Part shown: piece by piece, positions 14,202 to 27,702 of the stretch
Numbering within the stretch: the first letter of the stretch is position 1
How the letters are laid out: each line of letters begins with the position of its first letter
Source: Octopus vulgaris
Lineage: Eukaryota
NCBI GenBank assembly: GCA_951406725.2
Contig: OX597841.1
Coordinates: 20,460,001-20,524,000 of the forward strand
Direction: 5' to 3'
Length of the DNA stretch: 64,000 bases
Made by a program: the position numbers and the translations under genes
The notes under the pieces: model-generated
Database searches by the model: none
What the model saw: only the letters and a program-made list of their open reading frames with translations
Told to the model about the DNA's origin: nothing

Positions 14202-14267
14202 TTGCTCTTGTTGAAAGAACTGATGACAGGTCACTGCTTATCGACTCACTGCTTCTTGGAAGACAAT
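14202..14267 (-). CDS. TIR / TMEM268-like gene, in-window exon 2 (66-nt Ser-rich linker, absent from the ORF track)
   Basis: Acceptor atttttgatctatttag|AT and donor GCAA|gtaagt; phase 1-1, open frame: (N)CLPRSSESISSDLSSVLSTRA. Confidence 0.78.
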
Positions 14268-14767
14268 CTAAATAGATCAAAAATATCATAAAATATAGTA
14301 TAATCTCATCATCATCATCATCATTTAATGTCTGCTTTATATACTGGTATGGGCTGGACGGTTTGGTAAGCTAGAGAGCTACACCACGTTCCAGTCTCAT
14401 TTGGCATGGTTTCTACGGCTGGATGCCCTTCATAATGCCAACCACAACTACGATTCACAGGTGCCTTTTACATGACACTGTCAATGGCCACGACTATGAT
14501 TTCACTTGGCTTGATGAGTCTTCTCAAGCACAGCATATTGCCACAGGTCTCAGTCACTGGTCATCTCAATACATGCATGCATACATTCAAGCACACATAC
14601 ATAAACATATGTTTTACTATGTATGTGCATGTGTATGTGTATATATACATACATAAACATATGTTTTACTATGTATGTGCATGTGTATGTGTATATATAC
14701 ATACATAAACATATGTTTGTATGTACAGATATTTGTATGTGTGTGTGTGTATATATATATATATATT

Positions 14768-15177
14768 GGCACAGGAGTGGCTGTGTAATAAGTAGCTTGG
14801 TTACCAACCACATGGTTCCGGGTTCATTCCCACTGCGGGGCACCTTGGGCAAGTGTCTTCTACTATAGCCTCGGGTCGACCAAAGCCTTGTGAGTAGATT
14901 TGGTAGACGGAAACTGAAAGAAGCCCGTCGTATATATGTATGTATATATATGTATGTGAGTGTATATGTTTGTGTGTCTGTGTTTGTCCACCCAACATCG
15001 CTTGACAACTGATGCTGGTGTGTTTACGTCCCCGTAACTTAGCAGTTCGGCATAAGAGACCAATAGAATAAGTACTAGGCTTCCAAAGAATAAGCCCTGG
15101 GGTTGATTTGCTAGACTAAAGGTGGTGCTCCAGCATGGCTGCAGTCAAATGACTGAAATGAGTAAAAGAGTAAAGAG
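14768..15177 (+). mobile_element. SINE family A, full length
   Basis: High similarity to 1358-1780. Confidence 0.9.
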
Positions 15178-15180
15178 TGT

Positions 15181-15378
15181 GTCATCATCATCGCTTAACG
15201 TCTGCTTTCCATGCTGGCATGGGTTGGATGATTTAACTGAGGACTGGCAAACCAGATGGTTGCACCAGGCTCCAATCTGATCTGGCAGAGTTCCTACAGC
15301 TGGATGCTCTTCCTAACACCAACCACTCACAGAGTGTAGTGGGTGCTTTTACGTGCCACCAGCACAAGGGCCAGTCAG
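15181..15378 (-). mobile_element. RTE LINE 3'-UTR fragment
   Basis: Reverse complement of the 27500-27702 tail; a related older copy lies at ~14307-14560. Confidence 0.8.
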
Positions 15379-16029
15379 AACCAAGGAGAATGGAGTGAAC
15401 AAGTCCTTTTATTACATTAATTTACAATTAGAAACTGGTCTCGTGAATATTGTTACATTTTGCAATAATATATACCACTATTGATTCATGAAGTGCCTTT
15501 GAATCAAATTGAAATTCAATTCTTCAGAATCGTGCATAGAAGTTATTTGCTGTAGATACTTGAATAACTGATAATTAATACTGATAATGAGTTGGGGATG
15601 CTTATATGATTACAGTTACAAGCCTGATGAAACAAAGCAAACTGTGATTTGAATTGAGGTTTTGAGGGATTTTGATTGTCTTTTACTTTTGATTATTTTG
15701 TATGGTTGTTGTTTCATTCTTTGGATTTGTCTCAGGAGTGGAAGGATCTGGTCGGTAATGTTGTAAACCTCTGTGTTTTGTGTTGTAATCAAGGGTAGAG
15801 TACTGGGTGTATCTGAAGTGTTTTTTGTCTTCCGAGTAGTGTTTGTTTTAATTCCTGAAATACAGGATGATATTTTACAGTTTGGGTGAAAATTGCACCT
15901 AACAGAGGAATTATTTGATAAGGAAAATAGGAACAAATTGAACAAAAAAACTAAAAAGGTAGGAATAAAACATTAGATATATTTTACGATTTCATATCCT
16001 CCTTCCCATACAAAGAACTACCTGTGTAA

Positions 16030-16810
16030 ACTCAAACCCAATACCAGTCAAAAACAATAACATTATAATTAAGGAAGCAGATAAGAAAGTGCAGTAATTA
16101 TTATGGATGTTGAACACTACAAAAGTACTATATGATCTCTACTACAAGTCACAACCTATCACGAGAAGGTTAAGATTGTTGATAGAAAAATATTTATTTT
16201 TATTGTAGACAAAAAAAATGTTACCATTACCATGAACAGCAAGCACTGAGATAGTTTGAAGCTAATTGTTCTTGATCTAGGTATGATAATAGTCACTGTA
16301 TTAGGTTCCTTGATGTTAGGTGATCATTGTGGGTTGTCACCATCTGTCCATTGGTTTTGTGTTGTTACAGTGCACTGGCAAGCTGCTGGTTCTACAACTG
16401 TCTGCTGACTTCCGGTCTGCTGTTTATTATCTGTCACCTGTTCGTAGTGGCTAAAATACACTGGATATATAGTGGTGCACTTGTTCAGAAAAAGTGCACA
16501 AAAGATGAAATTGTTGTTAGATCCAGTTCCGCATGAAGTCTCGAAAGGCCAGATTTGAATCATGAGTTATTTTTAATTTTTTTTTTTTTGTCTTTTTACA
16601 TTGAATATAGTGATCTGGATTTGATTGCTAAATATTCATGCTACAAGATAAACAAATACCAACAATCACAGACAATAACAAAACTGAACACATTCACCAA
16701 CACCAAGAGAGGTTTAACAAACAAACAATGTGACAACCTAACTAATTTTGAAAGCAACACTAGCTACTTCTACAGCCTCCCCAAAATTCACAAACCCACA
16801 ATTGTACATT
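16030..16810 (+). mobile_element. Penelope/Poseidon-type RT N-terminal fragments, interrupted
   Basis: IIIKEADK...VIIMD near 16060-16110 and SYFYSLPKIHKP near 16760-16800. Confidence 0.55.
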
Positions 16811-17309
16811 GAGATAACATTCAGAATTGTGAAATGTGTTATGATGGAGATGAAGCACAGAAAAGTCATAAAACAGGCTGATTCCTTAGTGCCATTGGAC
16901 AAAATACTTAGTATGTCTTTTGGCTCATTACATTCTGGGTTTAAATGCTGCCAGGGTCAACTTTGCCTTTTAACCTTTTGAGCTTGAAATTAAATAAGAT
17001 TTAACAGATTTACTTCATTCAGTGAATTTTATTGTTTCTATACCTCTTTGGTACTGTAAATAACTAGCAAAGAATATAGCATTTACTCTTTACCTTTCAT
17101 ACTTTTACTCTTGCAGTGATCCCGATTTCTACTGCTCTCTCTTGGTGCTAAGTTCCTCTGGGCCTATTTTAATCTATTTCATTATCAATTCGACAATCAT
17201 TCAATATTATCTTATTAACTAAATAATTTTATATCATATTTTCATTTCTTCCATAATTTTAGGTTTTTACTTTAATATCTTGAGCCCTCCCACCATTAAG
17301 TATTATATA

Positions 17310-17510
17310 TACAAGGGGTTGCTGAAAAGTTCCTGGTTTGGGATAAAAGAAAATACAGGAGGATCAGTTAATTGTGATTTTATTCAACATATTCCTCTCT
17401 CAGATTCACACATTTATTGCAGTAATCCATCAGTTTTTCAAAGCCCCGTAAAAAAAACTTAGAAAGTTCAACCTCCAGCCAGGCCTTTCACAATACCATT
17501 CAGCATCCCT
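17310..17510. mobile_element. mariner-derived MITE
   Basis: Homologous to 9278-9493. Confidence 0.7.
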
Positions 17511-19459
17511 TCGTTTGTACAACATATCCAGACATGAGCACAAATGCATCATATAAAAAGTAGTACAGCCATCATTGTAGAGGTAGTGAGTGGTGGGTGG
17601 GAGGAAAATGGGAGTAAAATGACAACTTACCTTATAATCATCCTAATAATACATGATTTGTAATTGTTTGACACTAAATGACACTAGAACATTTAAATAT
17701 TTATCAAGTAAAATGGTTACTGCTATAAAGCAGTAAAGAAAAAAACTATTTCATACCATATACAACTAAACAACACAAACAACTATCACCTGGTGAAAAT
17801 GAAGAAAGATGGAGGCCTTTATATTCTCCAGTACGCAAATTAGAACAAGTAGGGTCAATATAGGAGAATAGGGTAGAAGAAAGAGAGAGAGAGAGAGAGA
17901 GCATGAGAAAGGGGTGTGATGGTGGGGAGAAAAGCAAAGAACAAAGTAAGAGGGCCTTCTAGAGTGTGCCTAACACAAAGCAACAGGATGGGTGTGCAGA
18001 GGTCTGCTAAAAATCCCAAGAAGGGCAACAGTGCATCACATCCTTTCTGCCAAAGATAATCACTCCTACTGGGGGACAAGAGAGAGGCCCACTCTTCTCT
18101 CATAATGTTAAAAACAATATCCCCAGGTTGTTTTCACAAATACCAGATAGGGCTTTTTCTGGCCAAAATAGATACCAAAAGATCTTCAAGTAGAATAAAA
18201 TTGTTATCCTTCTCCATTGCTGCATTACCATGGCACCCAACAGGCACAAACTCAATCCTATGATGTGATTGCCACCAAGACTGGGCATGGAAGTGCCAGT
18301 GTCTATACCACTCATACCACTAGCATGCTGTGTGACCCATTCTAAGAGTACTCATGATGTAGTAACTTCCACATAGTTTGGGGACCTGCAGGATCATCTA
18401 CCACTCTGTTTGGGATCAGAGTGGCTATTTAGGGTCATGTTAACCAAACAAATGTCCCACTCTGTTCCACAAGGGATGGCATAAGGTTGGAAACCTCTGA
18501 TCACGGTTCTCCATCCACTAAATATAGGGTTCCTGCAGAGTGCACCCTGACCAGCCACTGAATCCAGACTAATGTAGGTTGTAGATAGAAGCCACAGGGA
18601 GCTGAGGAAAGCATCACATTCCTGTGCAAAAGCTAGAGTTAGGTTCTCCACTTTAATGGTTGAGTACAACCATACTATAGTACTAGGAAATGTTAATTAT
18701 AGTCTGAGATGGTGAGTGTTGGGAAATATTTGGCCCTCCAATAGGGCCAAAGAAGAATTGGAAATTACCCTGGTCAGCAAAATCAATTCGCTTAATAACA
18801 GGTTTGTTTTGTGCTCATGGAAACTCACTTTCTGGTTCCATCAAGTGGGCTTCAGCAACAGTTATGATGGGATAAGCTAGACTTTGACCCTTATCTAGCA
18901 TGCTCTTTGACCCTTGCCCAGCATGCAATGATGGCAATTTTCCCATTAGGCTTTCCTACTGTTGCCCTTGCATTTTAAATTTCCTCATCTCATTTATCAA
19001 GCTCCCCTTTGGTCCTTCTCTGCCTCACAACTCCTGTCATCCTTTTTTACTGGTATCTATACATTTGCTCCCCTTATTTCTAGAGTGTCTTTGAGGGATT
19101 TGATTCATCCACTCTCTTCTTACCATTTTCACACTCTTTGGGGTCTCGTATATACCATTGTTGCCATCAGCTTTATCACATGTCTGAGTATTTATTTTCT
19201 TTGTTGAACACTTCTTTTATGGTGATATCATTGATAATTAGGTAGACCAATTCTTGCTTAGAAGAATCGATGGCTTTGACTGCATGGCAATGTTGATGGA
19301 GGATGAGGTTGATGTTTTTTCAAGCCTTTCTCTCCTGTCCTTTGATTTCTTCTTTTTCTCTTCTGGTGGCTTTGAAGTTTGTGGTTCCAATGGTGCTGGA
19401 ACACCGCCACTTGGTATGGTCTCAGGCTTGTGTTTCAAATGATTTAGGTTCAATTCTAG

Positions 19460-19830
19460 TGGCTTTCAGTGTTGCTTTGAGTTGGTCCTTGTATTTTCAA
19501 GGAGGGCAAACCCATGGTCTTTTTCCTGAAGTGAACTCACTGAGTAAGACTTGACGAGGAACTTTGTAGCTTCCATTCTTCTTACATGTCCTGACAATTG
19601 AAGACAGTGTTTCATGATCAGTAATTCAATACTTTGACTGTTGACTCTTTCCAGGACTTTGTTATTGGTTACATAGTGTTCTGATTTGATGTTCAAGATT
19701 GAACGAAGCTTTTGCTGGTGAAAGTGTTCCAATTTTTAGATGTTGTGATGATATAGAGTCCAGGTTTTGCAGCCACATAGTAAGGCTGAAATGACAACAG
19801 CATTATAAATCAGAATTTTCTAATCCTGAA
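19460..19830 (-). mobile_element. RTE-BovB-like LINE, C-terminal fragment
   Basis: HQQKLRSILNIK..VTNNKVLER...LQLSGHVRRME and LLCGCKTWTLY-like segments. Confidence 0.65.
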
Positions 19831-20039
19831 TCTGCACATTGGTGTGAATGTGTGACAGGAGTCTGGTCCTACATTTGTGTTTGGCAGGCCTTTTAGTTTT
19901 AGGAGTACCACTGCCCACTTCAATCAAGGAAGGTCCTAGAAAAGGTAAACTAAACATTGAAAGTCATTACCACTGCTCGGCTGGGAAACCTCACCTGGCA
20001 GGCTACCCATCATGTGGTCAAAACAACAAGAAACTTAAG

Positions 20040-20530
20040 ACAACCAATGCCATCTTTGGAACATAGAATGTGAGAACTCTTGTTGACAAACCAGAAAGAT
20101 GCACAGCTCTGATCCCAAAAGAACTGGTTAGCATCAAGTGGACATCACAGCCCTGAGTGAAACACAGCTTTCAGGAGAAGGATGACTCAAAGTAACTGGT
20201 TCTGACTACACATTCTTTTGGAAAGGCAAGGATGAAGAGAAGAATCCAAGGAGTCAGTTTTGCTATTAAAACCTGTATCATACAAGACCATCATTTAATA
20301 CCAATTGCCATCAATGAATGACTAATGACTCTTCCGTTACCATTTCCAAATTACATCACTCAGTTCTGCTTATGCTCCAACTCTTGATGCTGATGAAGAA
20401 GCAAAGAATCAACTTTACCAACAACTAAGTAACATCATTGTCAACATACTACCAAAGGACGAACTCTAGTTACTAGGAGAGATTTCAATGCAGGGTAGGA
20501 AAGGATCATCACCTATGGAACTAGGAAAGC
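20040..20530 (+). mobile_element. RTE-BovB-like LINE, AP-endonuclease fragment
   Basis: Degenerate NVRTL, ALSET, YTFFWKG, SAYAPTL and GDFNA motifs with stops and frameshifts. Confidence 0.65.
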
Positions 20531-21577
20531 ATTCAGAGAGCGCAGGCCAAGCAGCTCATTTCCACCCATACACATGCATGCTGAAACTCTCCCAATTTCC
20601 CAAGCCAACGCTGGCAAAAACATAACCTCCTCCCATCCTCATCTTGACCATCGTCATCATCAACACTGTCTATGCTTTCACCACAATCACCGTCAAAACT
20701 ATGATCACCACAATCACTTTCTTTACACAGTTGAAAATCCAACTTCCGATACTCATGGGACCGAGATTGTTGCAGATTTTTGATTTTTCTAATTTCGGAG
20801 TTTTTGATTAAAAGAAAAAAAAAATTGCATCTACAAAACAGAACAGTTTGAGGATAGAAACCAGGTCTAAACACAATAGCTTATAGACATACTCTGAATG
20901 TAGTTCTATATAAATCTTTAATAATTTTTCTTTATACTTAAGACCATCAGAAATATTAAGATATCAGCCTCTACCCATGTTGTCAGGCTTTGATTAAAAG
21001 GTTACAGCATAGATTAGATTACTTAGATAAGTTTCAACCGAAGTTGACTCAGGCCATGTCTAATCTAATAGCACCACCTGGAAGAGATACACAGTCAGCT
21101 CTGGGGAACCGTAGCCCATTCAAGCAGAGGGTTATTGTTTACAGAGGCATAACTGGGTGTGGGTGGTTTATCTGGTATTTGTTGGGGTAATCATCTGGGG
21201 ATAGTTTGAATGCCGCGAAGTCACTTTCCTCCTTTGTGTGTATTTGACACGATGTTGAAGAGAGCAGGGTCAACTGAGGTGAAATAGTTCTGTCATAGTG
21301 TTGTGATACGACACGAACATTTCTGTAGTGGACGGATGGCACGGGGGCCAAGCCTCGGACGAATTTTAAAGATGGGCAATGTTGATGGAATATTTTCCAC
21401 ATCATACAGATGATATAGAGCTCACAGCAGCAGTGGAGAGAGAGCAAAGTCTGAGCTTTTTGAGTCAATGAAAACATAACCTCCTTCCTTGGCGGTTATT
21501 TTGCACACAGACGGACAGATGGACAAACCAAAATTAAAGTATTGATAAGTAGAAAAACAGACAAATGCTCGATATAT

Positions 21578-22080
21578 ATTAGGGTGGTAAAAAAAAATTG
21601 CAGTGCTTTTCAACTGGCAATATTTAATCATACAATCTGTTTTATCATGTGAGAGAAACATATGAAATATATATACTTCTTGAATGAGGAGATCTCAGCA
21701 CATTTTTCTATTTGAATTTTGTGTGGATTATTTACATTTACTGTTCTTAAGATAAAATTGAAAATGAAGGAAAATAAAATATATTTTCATAATTGAAAGT
21801 ACTGTTTGTAAGTGGTTTTCTTGGTTTAGAAGTGAAAATTTAGACCTGGAAGATTGTGAACTTTCCAGCAAGCCTACAGTCATTGATAATGAAGAAATCA
21901 AGACTTTAATAAAAAATAATCCATGTTGCACAATGTGAGACATCACAGAGATTCTCCACATATCACATGTGAGTGTTATAAAGCTTTTAAAACCACCTGG
22001 TTACGTAATTTGCTATGATTTCTAGGTCCCTCATAACTTAAAAAAAACAAACTTTATAGAGTGCATTTCCATCTGCAAAA
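21578..22080 (+). mobile_element. Degenerate mariner 5' part
   Basis: LEDCELSSKPTVIDNEEIKTLIKNNP HTH region and VPH.L motif. Confidence 0.55.
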
Positions 22081-22645
22081 AAGCATCTCTGCAGTGATTC
22101 CTAATGGGCCAGGGGCTTTCCCTGTCTTCATACTCTTAATTGCTTTATCAACTTGGATAGCTGGTCCCTCTGTTGGGTCGACATTCGGCAGACTCTCTTT
22201 CTCCCATTCATTCTCTTTATTGAGCAACCTTTCATAGTGGCGTCTCCAAACCTCTCTCTTTGCATCCTCATTTAGTGCAAGTGAACCATCATCCATGTGG
22301 ACACATTTCTCTCCTACCACATCACGATTCTCTCTCACACACTGTCTTGCAACACGAAATACTTCAAGTCTTTGGCCCTCACGGCGCAGAACATTGCCAA
22401 ATTTTTTCTTATCTGCTTCCCCTCTGGCTAAATAAACCTGCCTGCAAGCTTCCCTTCTGGCTGTCTGATACAATTCCCTGCTACCACCGTTCTTCCAGTC
22501 CCTCCAAGCCTGTTTCTTTTGTCTAATAGCCCTGTCAACAACATTGTTCCACCACCAAGTTACCTTTAGTCAAGATGGGACTTTGCACCATCCACAGATC
22601 TGGTCAGTGGCTCTCAGCAGGTTGTCCCGTAGAAATCTCCAGTTG
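22081..22645 (-). mobile_element. RTE LINE internal ORF fragment
   Basis: WRRHYERLLNKENEW and AIKSMKTGKAPGP motifs of the pre-RT region. Confidence 0.8.
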
Positions 22646-22951
22646 TATGTAGTTTATATGTGCACATACATTTGTGTGTATGTGTGTGTGTGTGCATGCA
22701 TGTGTATGTGCATGAGTGTATGCATAGGAAGTGTGGGCAGTGTGTCTGTGTGTGACAGCATATATTTGGTGAGATTAGCAATGTCTGCCTCTTGTGTGTA
22801 TATTTGTGTTTAAGTGTATATGTGTATGTGTGTTTGTGTATTTGTGTGACTTAGTGTGTGGTTAGATGTGTGTGCACGCATGTGTAAGTGCATGCATTTG
22901 TGAGTATGACAAGTAGGTAGGTAGTAAGAAGGGTTCACACAAGAGACCGAG

Positions 22952-23003
<52 letters not shown>

Positions 23004-23182
23004 GTGGTATGAGTAGAGTATGTGTGGGGGAGAGAGTGTTAGATTAGTGGAATTGAGGAAGTGAGAGAAAGAGTGTGTTAGATTAGTGGAACTGGCAATG
23101 TGTGTGTGTGTGTATGTGTGTGTGTGTGTGTGTGTGTCCATGTTTGTGTGCATGTATATATTTGCAAATGTGTGTGCACTTA

Positions 23183-23702
23183 CATACAAGATGGTATCAA
23201 AAAGTTCCTGACTAGTTCTGTAGTGTGCCAATAGATGGCAGCACACACTTGCACACATAGTGAGAACGAGCAGTGGCCTTCATGAGGTCATGTGCCAAGT
23301 GGCATTGCTGTGTTTACTTCACAAATTGTGAAATTTGTGTTTTTGTGATCCTGTTTGAATGCTGTAATCTGTGATTTTGTCACAAGGAGCCAACGTGAAA
23401 TTTTGTGTTAAACTTGTGAAGTCTGCTACAGAGGCATTGAGCCTGGCTTGCATCTCTTTCCCAATTTGAAAATGCAGCTCAAAAGTTGCCATTTTAACAC
23501 CATTGTCAAGATCCAGAGTAAATTGCAGAAGGTCTTTGACTTGCTTATGGAAAACAGCTTCCAGACTGGATTCCAAAAGTGGCAGGAATGCTGGGACCGG
23601 CGTATTGCAGTGTAAGGTAATTGTTTGAAATGAGAACAGTTAAGACTTAGTTAGTTTTTATTAAACGTAACGAGTTTGAAAACTTTTTGATACCACCTCC
23701 TA
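23183..23702. mobile_element. mariner-derived non-autonomous element
   Basis: Termini tacaagatggtatcaaaaagtt and aactttttgataccacctccta are inverted copies. Confidence 0.7.
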
Positions 23703-24980
23703 TGCAAACTGATATAAGCATTTGAAAGTACATTTAAAAGTACCTATGTCTTTATATAAAAGTTTGTGTCTGTGTGAGAGGATATATACCCGAGCTTATG
23801 TTTATATGCATTCATGCATGAGTGAGTGTATATGCATATAAATGTATATGCCCATGTTACATATTTATGCATGGAAAAGAATAAATAGAGCGAAAAGAGA
23901 AAGAGAATGAGACTAAGAGAGATGAAATGAGAGAGAGAGAGAGGGAGAAAGAGAGAGAATGAAAACGCTGGCCAGTGTGTTTGTGTGTGTTTGTGTGTGT
24001 GTGTGTGAATGTGTTTGTGTATACATGGATATGTGTGTCTGTGGCATATGTTGGATGAGTGTAAGTGTGTCTGTGTGTGAGCGGCTGCAGGAAGGGGGGG
24101 AGTTGAAGCAAAACAATGTTTAAGTTTGAAAGGAAAAGATGAATCGTTGTTCTTTGAGATGCAACACCAAGCGAAACACTGTAAATTGTATTTACATATT
24201 ATACATACGTACACGCACAAAGACTTGCACATTCGTGTGTGCGTGTGTGTGTGTGTTTAGTCACACACACAACTACATAAAAATATTAATACAAATTATA
24301 TTAATGGAGACAAATTCTCATTAACATCACCAAAAGAACAGTTTTTAATATGTCTGCTAAAACACAAACAGAAAAATAATTTCTTAATAAAAATCAAAAA
24401 GTTAAACAAATATTGGTTTGATTCCTGAGCAAGTTGTTCATTATTAGCATTTTGGTTTTGCTAGTAATTAGCAATTCTATGGGAAACTGTGAAATATTAA
24501 TGAGAGAATTTAGAAGCAAGAATTTAGAACCTTCGCTCAGTTAATGAAATTATATCCACTTTGCATCTTGACTTTGGAGCATTTTCATTGGCTGAACAGT
24601 GACAGCAATAAACAATGATAACCAATGAAAACCAATTGGTTTGGTTGGAATTAGTAATGAGAGAATAAGAAGAATTATGAATTGCCAGTTCCTGCCAAAC
24701 TGTTGAACCAATGTCATCATGCAAGAAAGATGTTAAATGATGATGATGATGATGAATAGTTTCAAATTTTGGCACAAGGCCAGCAACTTCAAGGGCTGGG
24801 AGTAAGTTGATTATATCAACCCAAGTACATAACTGGTAATATATTTTACAAAAGTGAGCTGAAAAGTTCATAAGTTGATTGGGAATGATGGATGCTGGAG
24901 TTGTGAAGTCTTGAATGCATAAATTTCTCCTCTCTTCTTATTGATAACTGCATCGTTTCTTTCCGAGTCAACTGAATCTG

Positions 24981-25392
24981 ACTCTTTACTCTTTACTCTT
25001 TTACTTGTTTCAGTCATTTGACTGCGGCCATGCTGGAGCACCACCTTTAGTCGAGCAAATCAACCCCGGGACTTATTCTTTGTAAGTCCAGTACTTATTC
25101 TATCAGTCTCTTTTTGCTGAACCGCTAAGTGACGGGGACGTAAACACACCAGCATCGGTTGTCAAGCAATGTTAGATGGACAAACACAGACACACAAACA
25201 CACACACATATATATATATACATATATACGACAGGCTTCTTTCAGTTTCCGTCTACCAAATCCACTCACAAGGCATTGGTCGGCCCGATGCTATAGTAGA
25301 AGACACTTGCCCAAAATGCCACGCAGTGGGACTGAACCCGGAACCATGTGGTTGGTCAGCAAGCTACTTACCACACAGCCACTCCTGCACCT
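24981..25392 (-). mobile_element. SINE family A, full length
   Basis: Reverse complement of 1358-1780. Confidence 0.9.
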
Positions 25393-26317
25393 GTTTAAAG
25401 AAGACGTCAAAAGTAATTAAATGGACCCAATTTGGCATCATGGTGTTATCAAGTAGGTGCAGAAAAAGGGTTTAGCCTCCAATGGCATTCATACTGACAT
25501 GGTTGCTACATTAAGGGATGACACTTCAGATTTATAAGCAGTGCAAAGTGAACAGCTGAATTTAGAAGGGAAAGGGAGAGTCTTGAAGATAACCCAAGAT
25601 CCAGATCTTGGGTTATAATTCAAGACTCTCCCTTTCCCTAAATTCAGTTGCTCATCGACTGTATTTACCACATGGTGGTGGATGATAGGTGATTGACTAT
25701 AAATCAAACAGCATATCCCATGAGTTAAGAATACACTGTACAATGAACTTGGCATGATGTAGGTTTCTGCTCAATTGGTGTCACATCTTCTGACATCAAG
25801 TTGATCTTATCCTGGGAAAATCTGACATTGTTTGAAACAGATCCGGCTAGTTTCCTTGCTCATTTCCTAAACCAGGGCAAGTGTTGGCTTCATCACTTTG
25901 AGTCAGAAATGAAGCAATCTATGCAGTGGAATCATCCCTCCAGACCTGCTCCAAAGAAGGCCAAGGTCATTCCATCTGCAGGGAAGATGCTGGCCTCAAT
26001 ATTTTTGAGATGCAAAAAACATTGTGTTAATTGACTATCTTCAAAAGAGCCACACTATCAATGGAGAGACATAGGCCAACTTGCTGAGGCAGTTATGAAA
26101 GGCTATCAAGACCAAACACTTGAGAAAACTGACAAAAAGGGGTCATGTTTTATCAGAACAATGCCCCAGCACACAAGTCCTTGATTTCAATGGCTGCAAT
26201 ATGTGACTGACTTTGGACTGGTTGGTCACCCTTCTTTGATCCCATCTGACTATCATATGTTCCCCAACATGAAAAAACATTTGGTTGGGAACCAGTGATG
26301 ATGTCATATTTGCTGTT

Positions 26318-27702
26318 ATTGCCTCCAGGCAATAACGGAGGAATTCAAGACAGGATGCCCCTGGGAGCTCCTCTATGCTGATGACCTTGCTCTAATTGCT
26401 GAGTCACTATCAGAACTGGAGGAGAAGTTTCAGGTGTGGAAGCAAGGATTAGAATCGAAGGGCCTTAGAGTCAATCTAGCTAAAACCAAAGTCCTAATAA
26501 GTAGGAAGGTAGACAAATCTCAAACGCCTTCAGGTAGATGGCCCTGCTCGATCTGTAGAAAAGGCGTAGGTAGAAACTCTATAAGATGTACCAAGTGTAA
26601 GCTATGGACACATAAGAGGTGCAGCAATGTCAAAGGAAGGCTAACTAGGAATATAGTTTTTGTATGTGGCAGATGTTCTGGTGCAATAAACACTGAAAAT
26701 GCGCAGAGACTGTCTTCCGCCACATTCCAGGGAGAAAAATTAGAAATAGTTGATAGTTTCCGTTACCTAGGTGATCAAGTCAGTAGTGGGGGGGGGGGTG
26801 CCGAAAGTGTAACTGCTAGAATAAGAATAGCCTGGGCAAAGTTCAGAGAGCTCTTACCTCTGCTGGTGACAAAAGGCCTCTCGCTCAGAGTAAAAGGCAG
26901 ACTGTATGACGCATGCGTAAGCTCGCAAGAAATGAAGCCAGTATGCTCCGATGGAGGTGTAATATCAGTGTTCATACCCGACAGAGTGTAAGTACCTTGA
27001 GAGAAAAGTTGAACCTAAGAAGCATTAGATGTAGTGTGCAAGAGAGACGTTTGCGCTGGTATGGTCATGTGGCGAGAACGGATGAAGATAGTTGTGTGAA
27101 AAAGTGCCACACCCTAGCGTTTGAGGGAACCTGTGGAAGAGGTAGACTGAGGAAAACCTGGGATGAGGTGGTGAAACACGACCTTCGCTCTTTAGGTCTC
27201 ACCAAGGAAATGACTAGAGACCGAGACCTTTGGAAGTATGCTGTGCGTGAGAAGACCCGGCAGGACAAGTGAGGCCATAACCCATGGCCCCTACCTGGGA
27301 CGTAGTCAGTCCACCTGTGCATACCTTCCTTCTTGGGACTCATAACTCTACTTGTGAAGACCTGTTGAGGCAAGTGAGAATCAAAATCAAAGAATCAAGT
27401 CAAAATCGAAATCGATCCACATCAATGGAATTTGTAGTTTGTGGTACCAGTGCCGGTGGCACATAAGAGAACCTTCCAAACGTGGCCGTTCGCCAGCCTC
27501 GTCTGGCACCTGTGTCAGTGGCACATAAAAAGCACCCACTACACTCTCGGAGTGGTTGGCGTTAGGAAGGGCATCCAGCTGTAGAAACACCGCCAGATCT
27601 GATTGGCCTGGTGCAGCCTCCTGGCTTCCCAGACCCCAGTTGAACCGTCCAACCCATGCTAGCATGGAAAGCGTACGTTAAACGATGATGATGATGATGA
27701 TG
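26318..27702 (+). mobile_element. 5'-truncated RTE-clade LINE (RT C-half, PHD-like finger, 3' UTR, (GAT)n tail)
   Basis: LLYADDL, GLRVNLAKTK, FRYLG, RRLRWYGHV and GRGRLRKTW motifs; 3' UTR matches many dispersed fragments. Confidence 0.92.

Noticed and set aside
17631-17645. Strong minus-strand donor AAG|gtaagt
   Set aside because: The phase-compatible frame contains a stop and there is no good acceptor upstream
17750-19240. Possible L1/Tx1-like LINE debris (similar at ~10800-11930 and ~34850-35700)
   Set aside because: Too degenerate to assign motifs reliably by eye
24530-24591. Possible extra minus-strand exon (NENAPKSRCKVDIISLTER)
   Set aside because: Acceptor plausible, but available donors are weak and not phase 1, so it does not fit the chain
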